A stretch of DNA of 64,000 nucleotides from an uncultured Gemmatimonadales bacterium (GCA_963783305.1 CAWAMW010000002.1:128001-192000); one strand, 5' to 3'. Positions 19,513 through 29,790 are shown, numbered from the stretch's first letter. A program made the numbers and translations. The notes: a model not told the origin generated them from the letters alone.

Positions 19513-20132
19513 GGCGCCACCTCGGACCGCTCCCCGCCGCTCCCGAGCGCCGCACGCATGATCTGGAGCAGCGCCGCCGTCGCCTCCTCCGGTGGCTCCC
19601 GGTCTTCCCACACCACCCAGCGCACCCCCATGAAGTGCGCCATCCCCATGAGCGAATACGCCAGCGTCTCCGCGTCCACTCGGTCGATCTCTCCCGCCTC
19701 CATGGCCGCCCGAAGACCCGCCGCATACCCCGTCGCCAGCCGCTCGTAGTACCAACGGTGCATCTCCGGCGCGACCACCTCCGCCTCCAGCACGATCCGG
19801 TACAGGTCCCGATGCTCCCGCACGAACCGCAGGAACGCCCGGACACCCGTCTCCTCCGCCTCCACCCGGCTCGTCAGCCCCTCCACCGACTCCCGGAGCG
19901 TCCCCCGGAGCTCGTGGCTCAGATAGCGCACCAGCTCCCGGAAAATGTCTTCCTTGCTGCCAAAATAGAGATAGAACGTGCCGTGTCCGACTCCCGCCGC
20001 CCGGGTGATGTCTCCCACCGCGGTCCCGTGGAACCCGCTCCCACCGAAGAGCGACTCCGCCGCTCGCAGCAGCTTGCGGCGCGTGGCTTCTCCGCGCGCA
20101 GTGCGCGGGGTGCGCTCGCTGGTCTTCGGCAT
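19509..20132 (-). CDS. TetR/AcrR family transcriptional regulator
   Basis: HTH GFHGTAVGDITRAAGVGHGTFYLYFGSKE. Confidence 0.93.
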   Translation of the reverse strand: MPKTSERTPRTARGEATRRKLLRAAESLFGGSGFHGTAVGDITRAAGVGHGTFYLYFGSKEDIFRELVRYLSHELRGTLRESVEGLTSRVEAEETGVRAFLRFVREHRDLYRIVLEAEVVAPEMHRWYYERLATGYAAGLRAAMEAGEIDRVDAETLAYSLMGMAHFMGVRWVVWEDREPPEEATAALLQIMRAALGSGGERSEVAP

Positions 20133-20196
20133 GACCGCTCCTCGGAGTGGGTCCTGGGGGTTCCCGGCGCGTCGCGGGGACGAGTGTGCCGGCCAA

Positions 20197-20223
20197 ACCT
20201 GAAACCTGATTCAGGTGTCAGGT
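20197..20223. promoter_or_regulatory. Palindromic operator candidate for the TetR regulator
   Basis: ACCTGA-a-ACCTGA-t-TCAGGT-g-TCAGGT. A minus-strand TTGACA lies at 20255-20260. Confidence 0.7.
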
Positions 20224-20427
20224 ACTGGGATAGGTACAATGCCGGATCCATGACTGTCAAGGGAGAAGGGTTCTGGCGCTGCTGGCGACGCCCGTGCATG
20301 AGCACCCGGTCAGGCCATCGCCTGGGGGCGGTTCAACGGCGTCCCGGCGTCCTGGAGGCACCGCGCGCCTGGTCCTTCTCTTGCCGCGCTTTCGGCTACC
20401 CTGAAGTCAAGCGCAGAGGAGGAGATA

Positions 20428-21282
20428 ATGTCCGATCGAGCTATCGCGGCCGCTGCCGGAACCGTTCACCTGGGCGACATGGAGGTGAGCCGCATGGGCT
20501 TCGGCGCCATGCGACTCACCGGGGAGGGGGTCTGGGGCCCGCCCGAAGACCGGGAGGCGGCGCACCGCGTCCTCCGCACGGCCGTCCACGAGCTGGGGAT
20601 CACGTTCGTGGACACCGCCGACGCGTACGGGCCCGACGTCGATGAGGAGCTGATCGCGGAAGCGCTCCATCCCTACCCGGCCGAGCTGGTGATCGGAACG
20701 AAGGGCGGCAGCATCCGCCCCGGCGGGGAGTGGAAGCGGAACGGCCGCCCGGAGCACCTCCGGCGAGCGCTCCACGGTAGCCTCCGCCGCCTCCGGCTGG
20801 AGCGTATCGAATTGTACCAGCTCCACTCGCCGGACCCTGATGTTCCCATCGAGGAGTCGCTGGGGGAGCTGGTGCGGCTCAGGGACGAAGGCAAGATCCG
20901 GCACATCGGCGTTTCCAACTTCGACGTGGAGCAGCTCGAGCGGGCGCTCGCGGTCACCCCAGTGGTCTCCGTCCAGAACCATTACAACGTGGGCGTACGA
21001 TCGGAGTCGGACCCCGTGGTGGACTGGTGCGAGGAGCGCGACATCGTGTTCATGGCGTACCGACCCGTCGCGGGCGGCTCCATGGACAGCGACGCTGTAC
21101 GCCGGGTCGCGGAACGTCGGGACGCCACGCCGTCCCAGGTGGCTCTGGCGTGGCTGCTCCACCGCTCCCCGGTAATCCTCCCGATCCCGGGCACCTCCAG
21201 TCTCGAGCACCTGCGGGAGAACACCGCCGCCACCGAGCTGGAGCTTACGCCCGACGAGCTGGAGGCGATGGCGGAGGGCTGA
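20428..21282 (+). CDS. Aldo/keto reductase
   Basis: GFGAMRL, DTADAYG, TKGG, LYQLH, IGVSN, PIPGT. Confidence 0.93.
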   Translation: MSDRAIAAAAGTVHLGDMEVSRMGFGAMRLTGEGVWGPPEDREAAHRVLRTAVHELGITFVDTADAYGPDVDEELIAEALHPYPAELVIGTKGGSIRPGGEWKRNGRPEHLRRALHGSLRRLRLERIELYQLHSPDPDVPIEESLGELVRLRDEGKIRHIGVSNFDVEQLERALAVTPVVSVQNHYNVGVRSESDPVVDWCEERDIVFMAYRPVAGGSMDSDAVRRVAERRDATPSQVALAWLLHRSPVILPIPGTSSLEHLRENTAATELELTPDELEAMAEG

Positions 21283-21357
21283 CGTGTCGCTGCCGGGCCA
21301 ACCTCGGGACGGGGGGACCGGGGTTCGGCGCTCTTCCGCGGTTCAGCCCCGGTACGT

Positions 21358-21852
21358 TCAGCCTGTGGTCTTCTTCACCAGCCAGCCGCGGACGTACTGA
21401 AGCGTGTCCGACACCGCGTCCACGGCCAGGATCCGGGTGAGGGCGCGGGTCGGGCCCGGTGCCGCATCGTGGGCGAGGACCAGGGTGCTTGCCACCCAGT
21501 GGGCGGTGCAGAACGGACAGGTGACCAGGTCGCCCACGGCCTCCTGAAGCCCATCTCCGCGGGCGGTCTCCTTCACCTCATCCCCGGAATCCTGCTCGAC
21601 GTAGCGAGTGAACGGCGCCCGGATGGCGGTGCCGATCCAGCTCTTCGTGATGACCCGCGAGAGCTTGTACGTCGCCACGCCCGTGAGCACCAGCTCACCG
21701 GTCTCCATCTTTCCGAGCTCCACGCCCCGACGACGGAGGACGCCCATGGCGGTGCCGAGCAGGGCCAGGTGACCCACCACCAGCATGGCGTAGCCACCCA
21801 GTGGTGGGTCGTGATCCGGAGCGTATGCGTGCTTCAGTGATTCGACGTTCAC
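21358..21852 (-). CDS. DUF1360-like membrane protein
   Basis: ATYKLSRVITK...IRAPFT...GDLVTCPFC pattern. Confidence 0.75.
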   Translation of the reverse strand: MNVESLKHAYAPDHDPPLGGYAMLVVGHLALLGTAMGVLRRRGVELGKMETGELVLTGVATYKLSRVITKSWIGTAIRAPFTRYVEQDSGDEVKETARGDGLQEAVGDLVTCPFCTAHWVASTLVLAHDAAPGPTRALTRILAVDAVSDTLQYVRGWLVKKTTG

Positions 21853-21996
21853 GTTCGATCCTCGCGCTGGTACGGGTCTTCGAGAACCCGCCCATAGTGC
21901 AAGGGTCGATCCGCTCCGCCGTCTCCCTCTCCGTCGCCGGGGCCAGCCGGACCCGGACAGGCCGGACGGACCTGCACGCGGCGTACTGACCGGCCC

Positions 21997-23652
21997 CTAC
22001 CGCCTGCCGTACAGCGCCTTCCACTCCTCCTCGAACTCGTTCCCGGGCGCCCAGCGCGGCTGCTCGTCCGCGTTCGCCACCCGGCGAGCGACCTCGAAGA
22101 GGATCCGCATGTCCCGCTCGACGCCCCGGAGGTCCCAGGCATCGGTCACCTCGTCGCTGACCTGGTGATAGTGCTCGAGCTCGTACGCGCCGGGATCGAA
22201 CCCCAGGTCACTCACGTAATCGGTGCCCGCCTGGAGGTAGAGCGCCGGAATGCCCGCCTTGGCGAAGCTGACCTGGTCGGAGCGGTAGAAGCTGCCCGCG
22301 TTCGGGTTCGGGTCACCGGCCGGAGTAAGCCCCCGCTCGCGCACCACGGCGGCGAACGTATCCCCGATGGTGCTCATGTCGAGACCGATGGCGGCCACGT
22401 CACGGGTCTCGCCGAATGGCTGGGGCGAGTCCACGTTGATGTTGGCCACGATCCGGTCCAGCGGGACGGGCGGGTCGTTGATGAAGGCGCTGCTGCCGAG
22501 CAGGCCGCCCTCTTCCGCGGTGATGGAGACGAACATCACGGACCGGTGTGGCTCCGCGGCGGCGAACGCCTCGGCAGCCGCCATGATCGACGCGACGCCC
22601 AGCGCGTTGTCCAGTGCGCCGTTGAAGATCTTGTCGTCCCCGTCCAGCGCCGTGTCCACGCCCAGGTGGTCGTGGTGCGACGTGAAGACCACGTACTCGC
22701 TGGCCAGCCCGGGATCGGTGCCCCGCACCACGCCCGCGACGTTATGGGCACGGACTCGCTCGATCTCCGTCTCGATCCGGCCGCTGACACGGTAGCCGGT
22801 GTCCACGGGGCGGAAATCGCGCCGGGCCGCCATCTCGAAGAGTCCGGCCAGATCGGTTCCCATGGAGGCGGCGACCTGCTCGGAGCGGGTGGAGTCCATC
22901 CACGCGAGCACCGGGACCTTGTACGTCCGCTGCCAGACCTGACCCGAACCGGAGCTTCCGACGACGCTGAAGCCGTAGCTGGCCGACTCGTCGGTATGGA
23001 TCACGATCGCGCCCGCGGCGCCCACCCGATCCGCCTGTTCGAACTTGTACGTCCAGCGGCCGTAGTACGTCCGGGCCTCCCCGCCGAACAGCGCCTCCCC
23101 GCCCTCCTCCACCGGCGGATCGTTGTTCAGGAACAGCAGCACCTTGCCCGCCATGTCCTCACCCTTGAAATCGTCCCAGTCGTGCTCAGGCGCGTCCACT
23201 CCGTAGCCCACGAACACCAGCGGGGCGCCGCGCAGCTCCACCACGGGCTCCTCGGCCGTCGACCAGTACGTGAAATTTTCATCATCGACCAGCGGGAGGG
23301 GGCCTTCGGGACCACTGATGGTCAACGAAGACGACGGCCGCTTCGTCATCCCCACCAGCTCGACCGGGAGCCGGTAGTCGCCACCGGCCACGGGCTCGAG
23401 TCCGATCTGCCGGTACCGCTCCACGATGTAACGCACCGCGCGCTCCTCGCCCGGTGTGCCGGGCGCCCGACCCTCCATGCTGTCGGCGGAGAGCACGAGA
23501 ACATCCTGCATGATCCCCTCGGCGGTGATGAGGCTGGCCGGGCCGGACTCGGCCGGGCTGAGCTCGCCCTCAGGGTCGTCTGTGGACGGGGCGCACGCGC
23601 TGGCTGCGGTGATGAGCGCGGCGAAGAGCACGGAAAGGGGTCGTGCGGTCAT
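21997..23652 (-). CDS. M28 family metallopeptidase lipoprotein with PA domain
   Basis: Lipobox ASAC; SHHDHLG, NGALDNALG, TAEEGGLLGS, RSDQ, HYHQVSD. Confidence 0.92.
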   Translation of the reverse strand: MTARPLSVLFAALITAASACAPSTDDPEGELSPAESGPASLITAEGIMQDVLVLSADSMEGRAPGTPGEERAVRYIVERYRQIGLEPVAGGDYRLPVELVGMTKRPSSSLTISGPEGPLPLVDDENFTYWSTAEEPVVELRGAPLVFVGYGVDAPEHDWDDFKGEDMAGKVLLFLNNDPPVEEGGEALFGGEARTYYGRWTYKFEQADRVGAAGAIVIHTDESASYGFSVVGSSGSGQVWQRTYKVPVLAWMDSTRSEQVAASMGTDLAGLFEMAARRDFRPVDTGYRVSGRIETEIERVRAHNVAGVVRGTDPGLASEYVVFTSHHDHLGVDTALDGDDKIFNGALDNALGVASIMAAAEAFAAAEPHRSVMFVSITAEEGGLLGSSAFINDPPVPLDRIVANINVDSPQPFGETRDVAAIGLDMSTIGDTFAAVVRERGLTPAGDPNPNAGSFYRSDQVSFAKAGIPALYLQAGTDYVSDLGFDPGAYELEHYHQVSDEVTDAWDLRGVERDMRILFEVARRVANADEQPRWAPGNEFEEEWKALYGRR

Positions 23653-23776
23653 GGCGATTGGCTGGCACGGGTTCGCGTGGGCGGGCGCCCGCACCGCGTG
23701 CCGGCGCTCGCCGCCTGGTGTCGCAAGATGATGCCGCTGTGGATCAGGGGCCAGGGCCGCGGCCGCGCAGAGCGGA

Positions 23777-24223
23777 CTACTCGGGGCAGGCGGCGTGCTG
23801 GAGACGGACGGCGTGCCGGGTCCGGTCCCCCATTCCGGCGTCGCCCACCGGGATGGCGGTCCCGGTCAGGTAGTCGTCCTCCCGCACCAGGTTGACCACG
23901 AAGCCGCCCATGGACGGATAGCCGATCCGCACGGAATCCGGGCCCCGGTTCTGCCAGTAGCCGAACGGGAAGTCCTGGATCTCGTCCGGGCCCACCAGGG
24001 TCACGGCCCGGTACGTCTCGGGCTCCTGGTCCAGAGGCGGCCATCCGGTGAGGGAGTCGGCGGTGAGGTGGACGCCCCACGGCAGGTTGAGCTGCCGGGC
24101 CGTAGCGTCCTGCTCGAAGTAGTAGCAGCCCGCCACCTCCTGTGCGGCGCCGTTGGGCGTGCTGGCGCACGCTGCGGCGGCGAGGACGAGGATCGTGGCG
24201 GCGCTGAGACGGGTCGGGGTCAT
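23777..24223 (-). CDS. Hypothetical lipoprotein
   Basis: Lipobox AAAC; ATGA overlap with the upstream gene. Confidence 0.7.
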   Translation of the reverse strand: MTPTRLSAATILVLAAAACASTPNGAAQEVAGCYYFEQDATARQLNLPWGVHLTADSLTGWPPLDQEPETYRAVTLVGPDEIQDFPFGYWQNRGPDSVRIGYPSMGGFVVNLVREDDYLTGTAIPVGDAGMGDRTRHAVRLQHAACPE

Positions 24224-25746
24224 GGTATACGGCTTTCCGGCCGGAGGACTGTGCGTCTGCCATCGGGGTGTAGCACGATGATGGGCTCTTCCCCGGCAAT
24301 GTCGTAGCCGAGGGTTGCCCCGGCTTCGTCGAACCACGCACCGTCCAGGAGCCCGAGGAGTGGCGCGGCGTCGGCTGCAGACCGATCTACCTGATAGCCC
24401 AGGTCCTCGAACGAGGCAATGGTCATTTTGCTCAGGAACATGTTCTGGTTGGCGTACCCGGTCATCAGCTCATTGCCGAACACGCTCTCGCGCCAGTGCG
24501 AGTTCTCCGTACCCTGGCCGCCCGTGTTCTCCACCGGGATGGAGGTGGCCGAGCCCACTACCCCCCGGTACTCGGCCACCGCGGCCTCGCCCGTGTAGCG
24601 AGGGTCGTTCGCGATGGTGTCGTTGGTGCCTTCCACCAGGTCGAACAGGTCCGCTCTCCAGAGCGTGCCGAACCCCAGGATATGCCCCATCTCGTGCTGG
24701 ATCAGGCCCGTCACCAGCTCCTGGTTGGTGATCCCCAGCAGGTCGTACTCGTCCAAGGTGAGGAATCCCACGAACGGGGTGAGGTCGCCACGGATTCCGC
24801 ATGGCGAGGCCTGCCCCAGCACGTTCCCCTCCTCACCGCCCCGGCCGTCGATGGAGTCGATGTTCACCAGGATGATGACGTCGTCCAGCGACGCCCCGTT
24901 CACCAGCTTGCCGAACCCGCCGCAGCTATCGTCGCTGTCGAAGAAGGCGGTGTCACCCGGGATCGTGCCCGACTCCAGGTCGCCGACTATCGCCGCCTCC
25001 CACCTCCGGATCGCCTCGTCCACATTCGCCTGCAGCGCGGGCGGCACGTCCACCACCGGGAACGCCGTGATCGTATAGCGGTCCGGCCGATCGGGGATCA
25101 CCGGCAGGGTGAAGGTGCGGCGCGCGGTGAATCCGGCGCTGCGCACTTCGACGGTGAAGGTGGCGGTGTCCGGGCTCGCGGGCGCGCCCTGGAAGGCTCC
25201 GCTGCCGGTCAGCTCCAGACCCGGGGGAAGTGAGCCCTCCACGACACTCCATTCGTAGCTATCCCCATCCCCCCCGAGCGCCTCGAGGTGCACCTCGAAC
25301 GGGAACCCGGCTAGCGTGGGTGGGAGCCGCAACGTCGCCACCGTGAGGGGCTGCGGCTCCGGCCGGACCGTGAGGGTCAGCCGCGCCGTGTCCGCCCGCC
25401 CGAGTCCGTCCCGCACACTCAGCCGGAACGTGTAGGTGCCGTCATCCTCCGGAATGCCTGTGATGAGGACATCCGTAGCCGTCAGGTCGTCCGCGCTCAG
25501 CTCGAGCCCGGGCGGGAGCGACCCCGACACGAGATCCCAGAAGTACTCACCATTGCCCCCGGTCACGGTGATGCCCTCGGAGTACGGCTCCGCCACGGTG
25601 GCGGTGGGCAGCGTAGCGGTGGTAATGTCGGGAGCGGCCGTCTGGGGCCCGGTGGGCCCGTCGTCGCAGCCGGTGAAGGCCAGCACACCCGCGAGCACGC
25701 CGGCCGCTACGGCGCGGCGCGTCGGGGTAGAGAGATGGAATGACAT
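24220..25746 (-). CDS. Leishmanolysin-like (M8) zinc metallopeptidase lipoprotein with two putative Ig (He_PIG) domains
   Basis: Lipobox FTGC; GSLPPGLEL repeats; HEMGHILGFG, SHWRE, NELMTG. Confidence 0.88.
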   Translation of the reverse strand: MSFHLSTPTRRAVAAGVLAGVLAFTGCDDGPTGPQTAAPDITTATLPTATVAEPYSEGITVTGGNGEYFWDLVSGSLPPGLELSADDLTATDVLITGIPEDDGTYTFRLSVRDGLGRADTARLTLTVRPEPQPLTVATLRLPPTLAGFPFEVHLEALGGDGDSYEWSVVEGSLPPGLELTGSGAFQGAPASPDTATFTVEVRSAGFTARRTFTLPVIPDRPDRYTITAFPVVDVPPALQANVDEAIRRWEAAIVGDLESGTIPGDTAFFDSDDSCGGFGKLVNGASLDDVIILVNIDSIDGRGGEEGNVLGQASPCGIRGDLTPFVGFLTLDEYDLLGITNQELVTGLIQHEMGHILGFGTLWRADLFDLVEGTNDTIANDPRYTGEAAVAEYRGVVGSATSIPVENTGGQGTENSHWRESVFGNELMTGYANQNMFLSKMTIASFEDLGYQVDRSAADAAPLLGLLDGAWFDEAGATLGYDIAGEEPIIVLHPDGRRTVLRPESRIP

Positions 25747-26144
25747 GGCAGCCTCGGTTCAACGATGCGACGCTCGCGCTGTGCAAGGTCGGTACCACGG
25801 TGCGCGCCTGGCGCGCCCGCACGGACGCGCCCTGGCGGGGGCTGAAGAAGTCGAGGGGAGGAGGGTCGAGGGTCGATCCCTTAGGGACCCGCTGGCGCGG
25901 GGGGTCGATCGCCCGCGCTTCGCGCGAGGCGACCGCGCTGCGCGCGGCGTCGACTGTGACGGGGCACGCGCGTGTGCTCTTCCTTCCGGTTGTGGCGGCG
26001 AGATGGTGGGAGGAAAGACGGAGCGCAGCGGAGATCGACCAGCGAGGCCGGAGGCCGAAGCGGTCGACCAGCGAGCGAAGCGACGCGATCGACAGGGAGC
26101 CCAGCGACCGTTCGCTCCCGCCCTCCGTCTCTTTCACCGACGTG

Positions 26145-27098
26145 CTAGTGAACCGGCGGGTGCGGCCGGCGCCCGGGCGAACCCCCGGAGGAGTCGGTGA
26201 GGGTCGGTGCGACGCCATTACCGCTGGCGCGGCGCGTACGTCGACCGGCGGACCCCCGCAGTCCCGGCTCGCCACCCCCACCGCCCGATCCGCCGCTGAT
26301 CGCCCTCTTCCCGTTCGCCGGATTCCGCTCGGACGCCGCGAGGCGGTGCCCCTGCCAGCACCTGTGCCGGCGACGGACGACCTCGGCGGAGACCTCGGCG
26401 GGAGTGCCCGGGGCGATGGGCGTGTGAAGATCCCTGCGCTGCGTCAGGTCCCGGACCACCGAGTCGACGAACGGGAGTGGCGACTGCAGATGCTCCTCGA
26501 TGTACGACGGGATGTCGATGCTCTCGAGCCGCAGGTGCAGCGACTTGAACAGCTTGGGCCGGGAAGCGCCCGGCCGGAACACATGGTGCAATCCGCCGCT
26601 GTAGGCCAGAATCATCCGGCCGGTGCGAATGGACCGCAGGACCTCGGCGACGCCCGGCTTCACTGTCATGACCGCACCCTTCTTGTCGCGGCCATCAGGG
26701 CGCATCATCCGTCCTTCCGGGAACAGCGCCACCATGGACTCCGGGTCGTCGATCTCGCTCAGGACCCGGCTCCAGCTCTGGTCGCGCCGACGTGTGATCG
26801 GCACCGCGTTCGGGATCAGGAGCCTGAAGATGCGACCTTCGAGGGGCCGGTCCATGGTCTCCTGCGCCACCGGTAGCACCGCGTGCTCCGCCATCTTCTT
26901 GAGGATGCCGTTCGGCACCACGGCGAGGTAGACGCCCTCGGCCAGACTGGTGTGATGGAGCACCGCAATGAGTCGCACGCCCGCCCACGGATCGGACGGG
27001 ACGTCCCCGACCCACTCCTGCCGGATGTCGTACAGCCCCCTGCTGGCGTACTTGACGGCGAGCAGCGCCGAGTAACTCGGTAGGGTGGTCACGTCCAT
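26145..27098 (-). CDS. Lysophospholipid/glycerol acyltransferase family (PlsC-like); 3' end uncertain
   Basis: HHTSLAE (HX4D variant), PITRR, LFPEGRM; low-complexity tail. Confidence 0.75.
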   Translation of the reverse strand: MDVTTLPSYSALLAVKYASRGLYDIRQEWVGDVPSDPWAGVRLIAVLHHTSLAEGVYLAVVPNGILKKMAEHAVLPVAQETMDRPLEGRIFRLLIPNAVPITRRRDQSWSRVLSEIDDPESMVALFPEGRMMRPDGRDKKGAVMTVKPGVAEVLRSIRTGRMILAYSGGLHHVFRPGASRPKLFKSLHLRLESIDIPSYIEEHLQSPLPFVDSVVRDLTQRRDLHTPIAPGTPAEVSAEVVRRRHRCWQGHRLAASERNPANGKRAISGGSGGGGGEPGLRGSAGRRTRRASGNGVAPTLTDSSGGSPGRRPHPPVH

Positions 27099-27322
27099 GA
27101 ACGGCGACTCCGGCTTATGCGGTGCTATGCCCGTGATCTCTGCAAGACACCGACCAGAGCCAACCGTGTCAAGAGCTGGGCGCAGGCGACGCGCCGTCCT
27201 CCGGACCCGCCCGCGGCCTCCCATCCTGCGCACGGCGGGCCGGAAGGGAGAAGGCGAAAACCGTCTCGCCGTCGGGGAACTCGGCCCACACCTCTCCGCC
27301 CACGCCGCGGAGCGAGGCGATG

Positions 27323-27357
27323 AAAAAGCGGGGGCGACCAACCGCGTCGCCCCCGCT
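27323..27357 (-). terminator. Rho-independent terminator of the susCD operon
   Basis: agcgggggcgac/gtcgcccccgct stem followed by a T5 run on the minus strand. Confidence 0.85.
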
Positions 27358-27397
27358 CATCCTGCCTGGCCCTACTGCGACCAGCTATTTCATGCGA

Positions 27398-28249
27398 TTA
27401 CTGGGCCGTGTACACCGTGGTCCAGACGGCCCCGGCCGCACCGCAGCACGTCAGGGTCACGTTCATGGTCAGCACGTCGGCCGCCAGGTCATAGCTGCCG
27501 GTGATATCCGACGTCACACCGCCACCCACCGCAGTGGGCGAAAACTCGACGCTGCCGTCGGAGTAAACGTTGAACGCCCACGGGATCGGGTCACCGAAGA
27601 GCTCGTAGGCGTAATCGGAGATCTGGTACCGGTAGTCGGTACCCCCGATGGTCACAGGACTCTCGGTGATCTCTACCGGCGGGATCGCGCCCGCACCGAA
27701 GTCACCGCTCACGCTCCCGGTGTACACTCCCTCGGTGATGTCCGCGGGACCCGGGATGACCGTCAGCTCGAACTCGGTGAAGTCGCCTAGGTATCCCACC
27801 GTGATGGGATTCCCGTCCACCGTCTGCGCCGAGGTCATCTGGATGACGACCGTGCGGCCGACCGTTGCGCTCGTGGGCACGTAGATCCAAAACATGCCCT
27901 GCGGTTCCTCGAGATTCGGATCGGAGTCGATCATCAGCGTCCCGCCCGCCGCCGTAATATCGGAGCGGGGGGAGCCGTTGGCGTCCATGACCACGAAATC
28001 CTCGCCGTACACCGCGTCGCCACCGAAGGTGATGTCGATCTCGACATCCTCTTCAGGACGAGTCGTCAGCGCCCCGTAGACGACCCCGGTCGTGCTTCCG
28101 TGCGAGCCGTTGACGGCCCGCGGGGCTTCGAAGCCGACCCAGGCCGGCGCAAACTCGCCGAACTCCTGAACCGGATTCGTGATGTCTTCGCACCCGACCA
28201 TGACCACCGCGGTCATCGCCAGGGCACCTATGATCTTGAATGTTCTCAT
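27398..28249 (-). CDS. Surface lipoprotein associated with SusC/SusD
   Basis: Lipobox MVGC; beta-rich sequence; third gene of the operon. Confidence 0.8.
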   Translation of the reverse strand: MRTFKIIGALAMTAVVMVGCEDITNPVQEFGEFAPAWVGFEAPRAVNGSHGSTTGVVYGALTTRPEEDVEIDITFGGDAVYGEDFVVMDANGSPRSDITAAGGTLMIDSDPNLEEPQGMFWIYVPTSATVGRTVVIQMTSAQTVDGNPITVGYLGDFTEFELTVIPGPADITEGVYTGSVSGDFGAGAIPPVEITESPVTIGGTDYRYQISDYAYELFGDPIPWAFNVYSDGSVEFSPTAVGGGVTSDITGSYDLAADVLTMNVTLTCCGAAGAVWTTVYTAQ

Positions 28250-28278
28250 GGTTACCTTTTTTCCTGGCTATGGTCTGA

Positions 28279-29790
28279 TCAGGGCATTATCGGAGTGTTT
28301 GGCTCGAACCACATGGGCGTGCCCGTGTAGCCCACGCCCATTGCCGGCGTGTTCGGGTTCGACGAAACCTCGCCCGGCGGGTACGGATAGCGCCGGATGA
28401 TCGTACCCAGCGCCGCCTGCACGGGGAGCGGAATCTTCGGATAGTGCGTGCGCTTGATGTGCACCCAGTTCTCCGGCGACCGCTCGAACACCTCCACGTA
28501 CTCCTGGCCCCAGACCAGCTCCTGCCAGTTCGTGGCGCTCAGATCCGGGAACGACCCCAGGAAGGTCTGCTGCTCCGCCTCCGGGATCGAACCGGGCTTG
28601 CCGTTGAACCAGTCCATGGACAGCCCGATGCCGGTCTCGAACGACGTCTGAGCGCCCTCGAAATCGCCCGTCGAGGCCAGGAACTCCGCCTCGTACAGCC
28701 AGACCTCGGCCGCCGTGGCGATACGGCTCGGGAAGTCCGGCCGCATGATGTTCTGGCTCACCGTCGACCAGTCGCTCCCCGCGGTGGCACCCGGCAGCTG
28801 GCCGAAGTGCTCCGTGGTCAGGTACTGGCAGTCCGGGCACGTGTCGTAGTCCACCGGCGGAGCGAAATACGTGTCCAGCCGCGGATCGTCCTGCGACTTC
28901 ATCAGATCCACGAGTGTAGCGCCCGCCTTCAGGTACCACTGACCGCCGATCTCATCCGTGAACCCGCCGTACTGGTTGTTGAGCTTCCACCAGTGATTGG
29001 CGTTGTTGGGCTCGGTGAAGAACGGGATCGAAGCGTTGTCGGCGTTCGTCCGGATCAGCGGCCGATCGAGCAGCGCGCGGATCTCCGAGTCCACCGACGG
29101 GTCCTGGTTCCGGATCATCATCAGCGTCCGGAGCTTGATCGTGTTGGCGAACATTTCCCACTGCTCCATGTCGCCGCCGTAGATCAGATCGCCGAACTCC
29201 ACGCCCGCGAGGGCGCTCGGGCTCGTGTCGATCATGTCGATCGCGCCGTCCAGCATGTCGACCAGACCGCGCAGCACCGTCTCCTGGTCATCGAAAACCG
29301 GCTGCGGGTACTCCTCCGGCTGCAGCGCCTGCGTGAACGGGATCTCGCCCCACACGCCGGTCAGCATCCAGTAGACGTACGCCGACAGGATCTCCGCCTG
29401 CGCCGCCACATTCGGCCGCGCCGGGCTCGCCTCGAGGGCGTCATCCCGCATGAGCGCCAGGTTCTTCAGCGCCCCGTTGTAGAAGGAGAACCAGGTGTTG
29501 CCGGCCGTAAACGAGCTGATGTTGTAGCGCTCGTTGCTCATGAACGTGCCACCGGCCGAGTTGTCACTCGCCCAAATGTTCGAGATCAGGGCCGTGGTCG
29601 TGCCCATCTCGATCGTGCGATTAGACCCGATGTCCACCAGCGCGGTCGGGATGAGCAGGTCGCCGGAGATCTCCGTCGCCGCGTCCGGATCCGTGTTGAT
29701 GTCCAGGTCGAGCAGGTCGCCACAACCCGCCAATGCCGGGATCAACCCCAGCATCAGCATCAGTAGATATGGCCTTCTGAGTTTTAGCAT
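28279..29790 (-). CDS. susD: SusD/RagB family lipoprotein
   Basis: Lipobox LAGC, INTDP, LTGVWGEIPF, DLIYGGD..QW..FAN, DPRL, RRYPYP. Confidence 0.9.
   Translation of the reverse strand: MLKLRRPYLLMLMLGLIPALAGCGDLLDLDINTDPDAATEISGDLLIPTALVDIGSNRTIEMGTTTALISNIWASDNSAGGTFMSNERYNISSFTAGNTWFSFYNGALKNLALMRDDALEASPARPNVAAQAEILSAYVYWMLTGVWGEIPFTQALQPEEYPQPVFDDQETVLRGLVDMLDGAIDMIDTSPSALAGVEFGDLIYGGDMEQWEMFANTIKLRTLMMIRNQDPSVDSEIRALLDRPLIRTNADNASIPFFTEPNNANHWWKLNNQYGGFTDEIGGQWYLKAGATLVDLMKSQDDPRLDTYFAPPVDYDTCPDCQYLTTEHFGQLPGATAGSDWSTVSQNIMRPDFPSRIATAAEVWLYEAEFLASTGDFEGAQTSFETGIGLSMDWFNGKPGSIPEAEQQTFLGSFPDLSATNWQELVWGQEYVEVFERSPENWVHIKRTHYPKIPLPVQAALGTIIRRYPYPPGEVSSNPNTPAMGVGYTGTPMWFEPNTPIMP

Noticed and set aside
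26150..26295. Long imperfect stem-loop that could be a 6S-like RNA
   Set aside because: Pairing is patchy and expected at this GC content. No recognisable conserved motif, and it overlaps the acyltransferase ORF tail. An Rfam scan would settle it.
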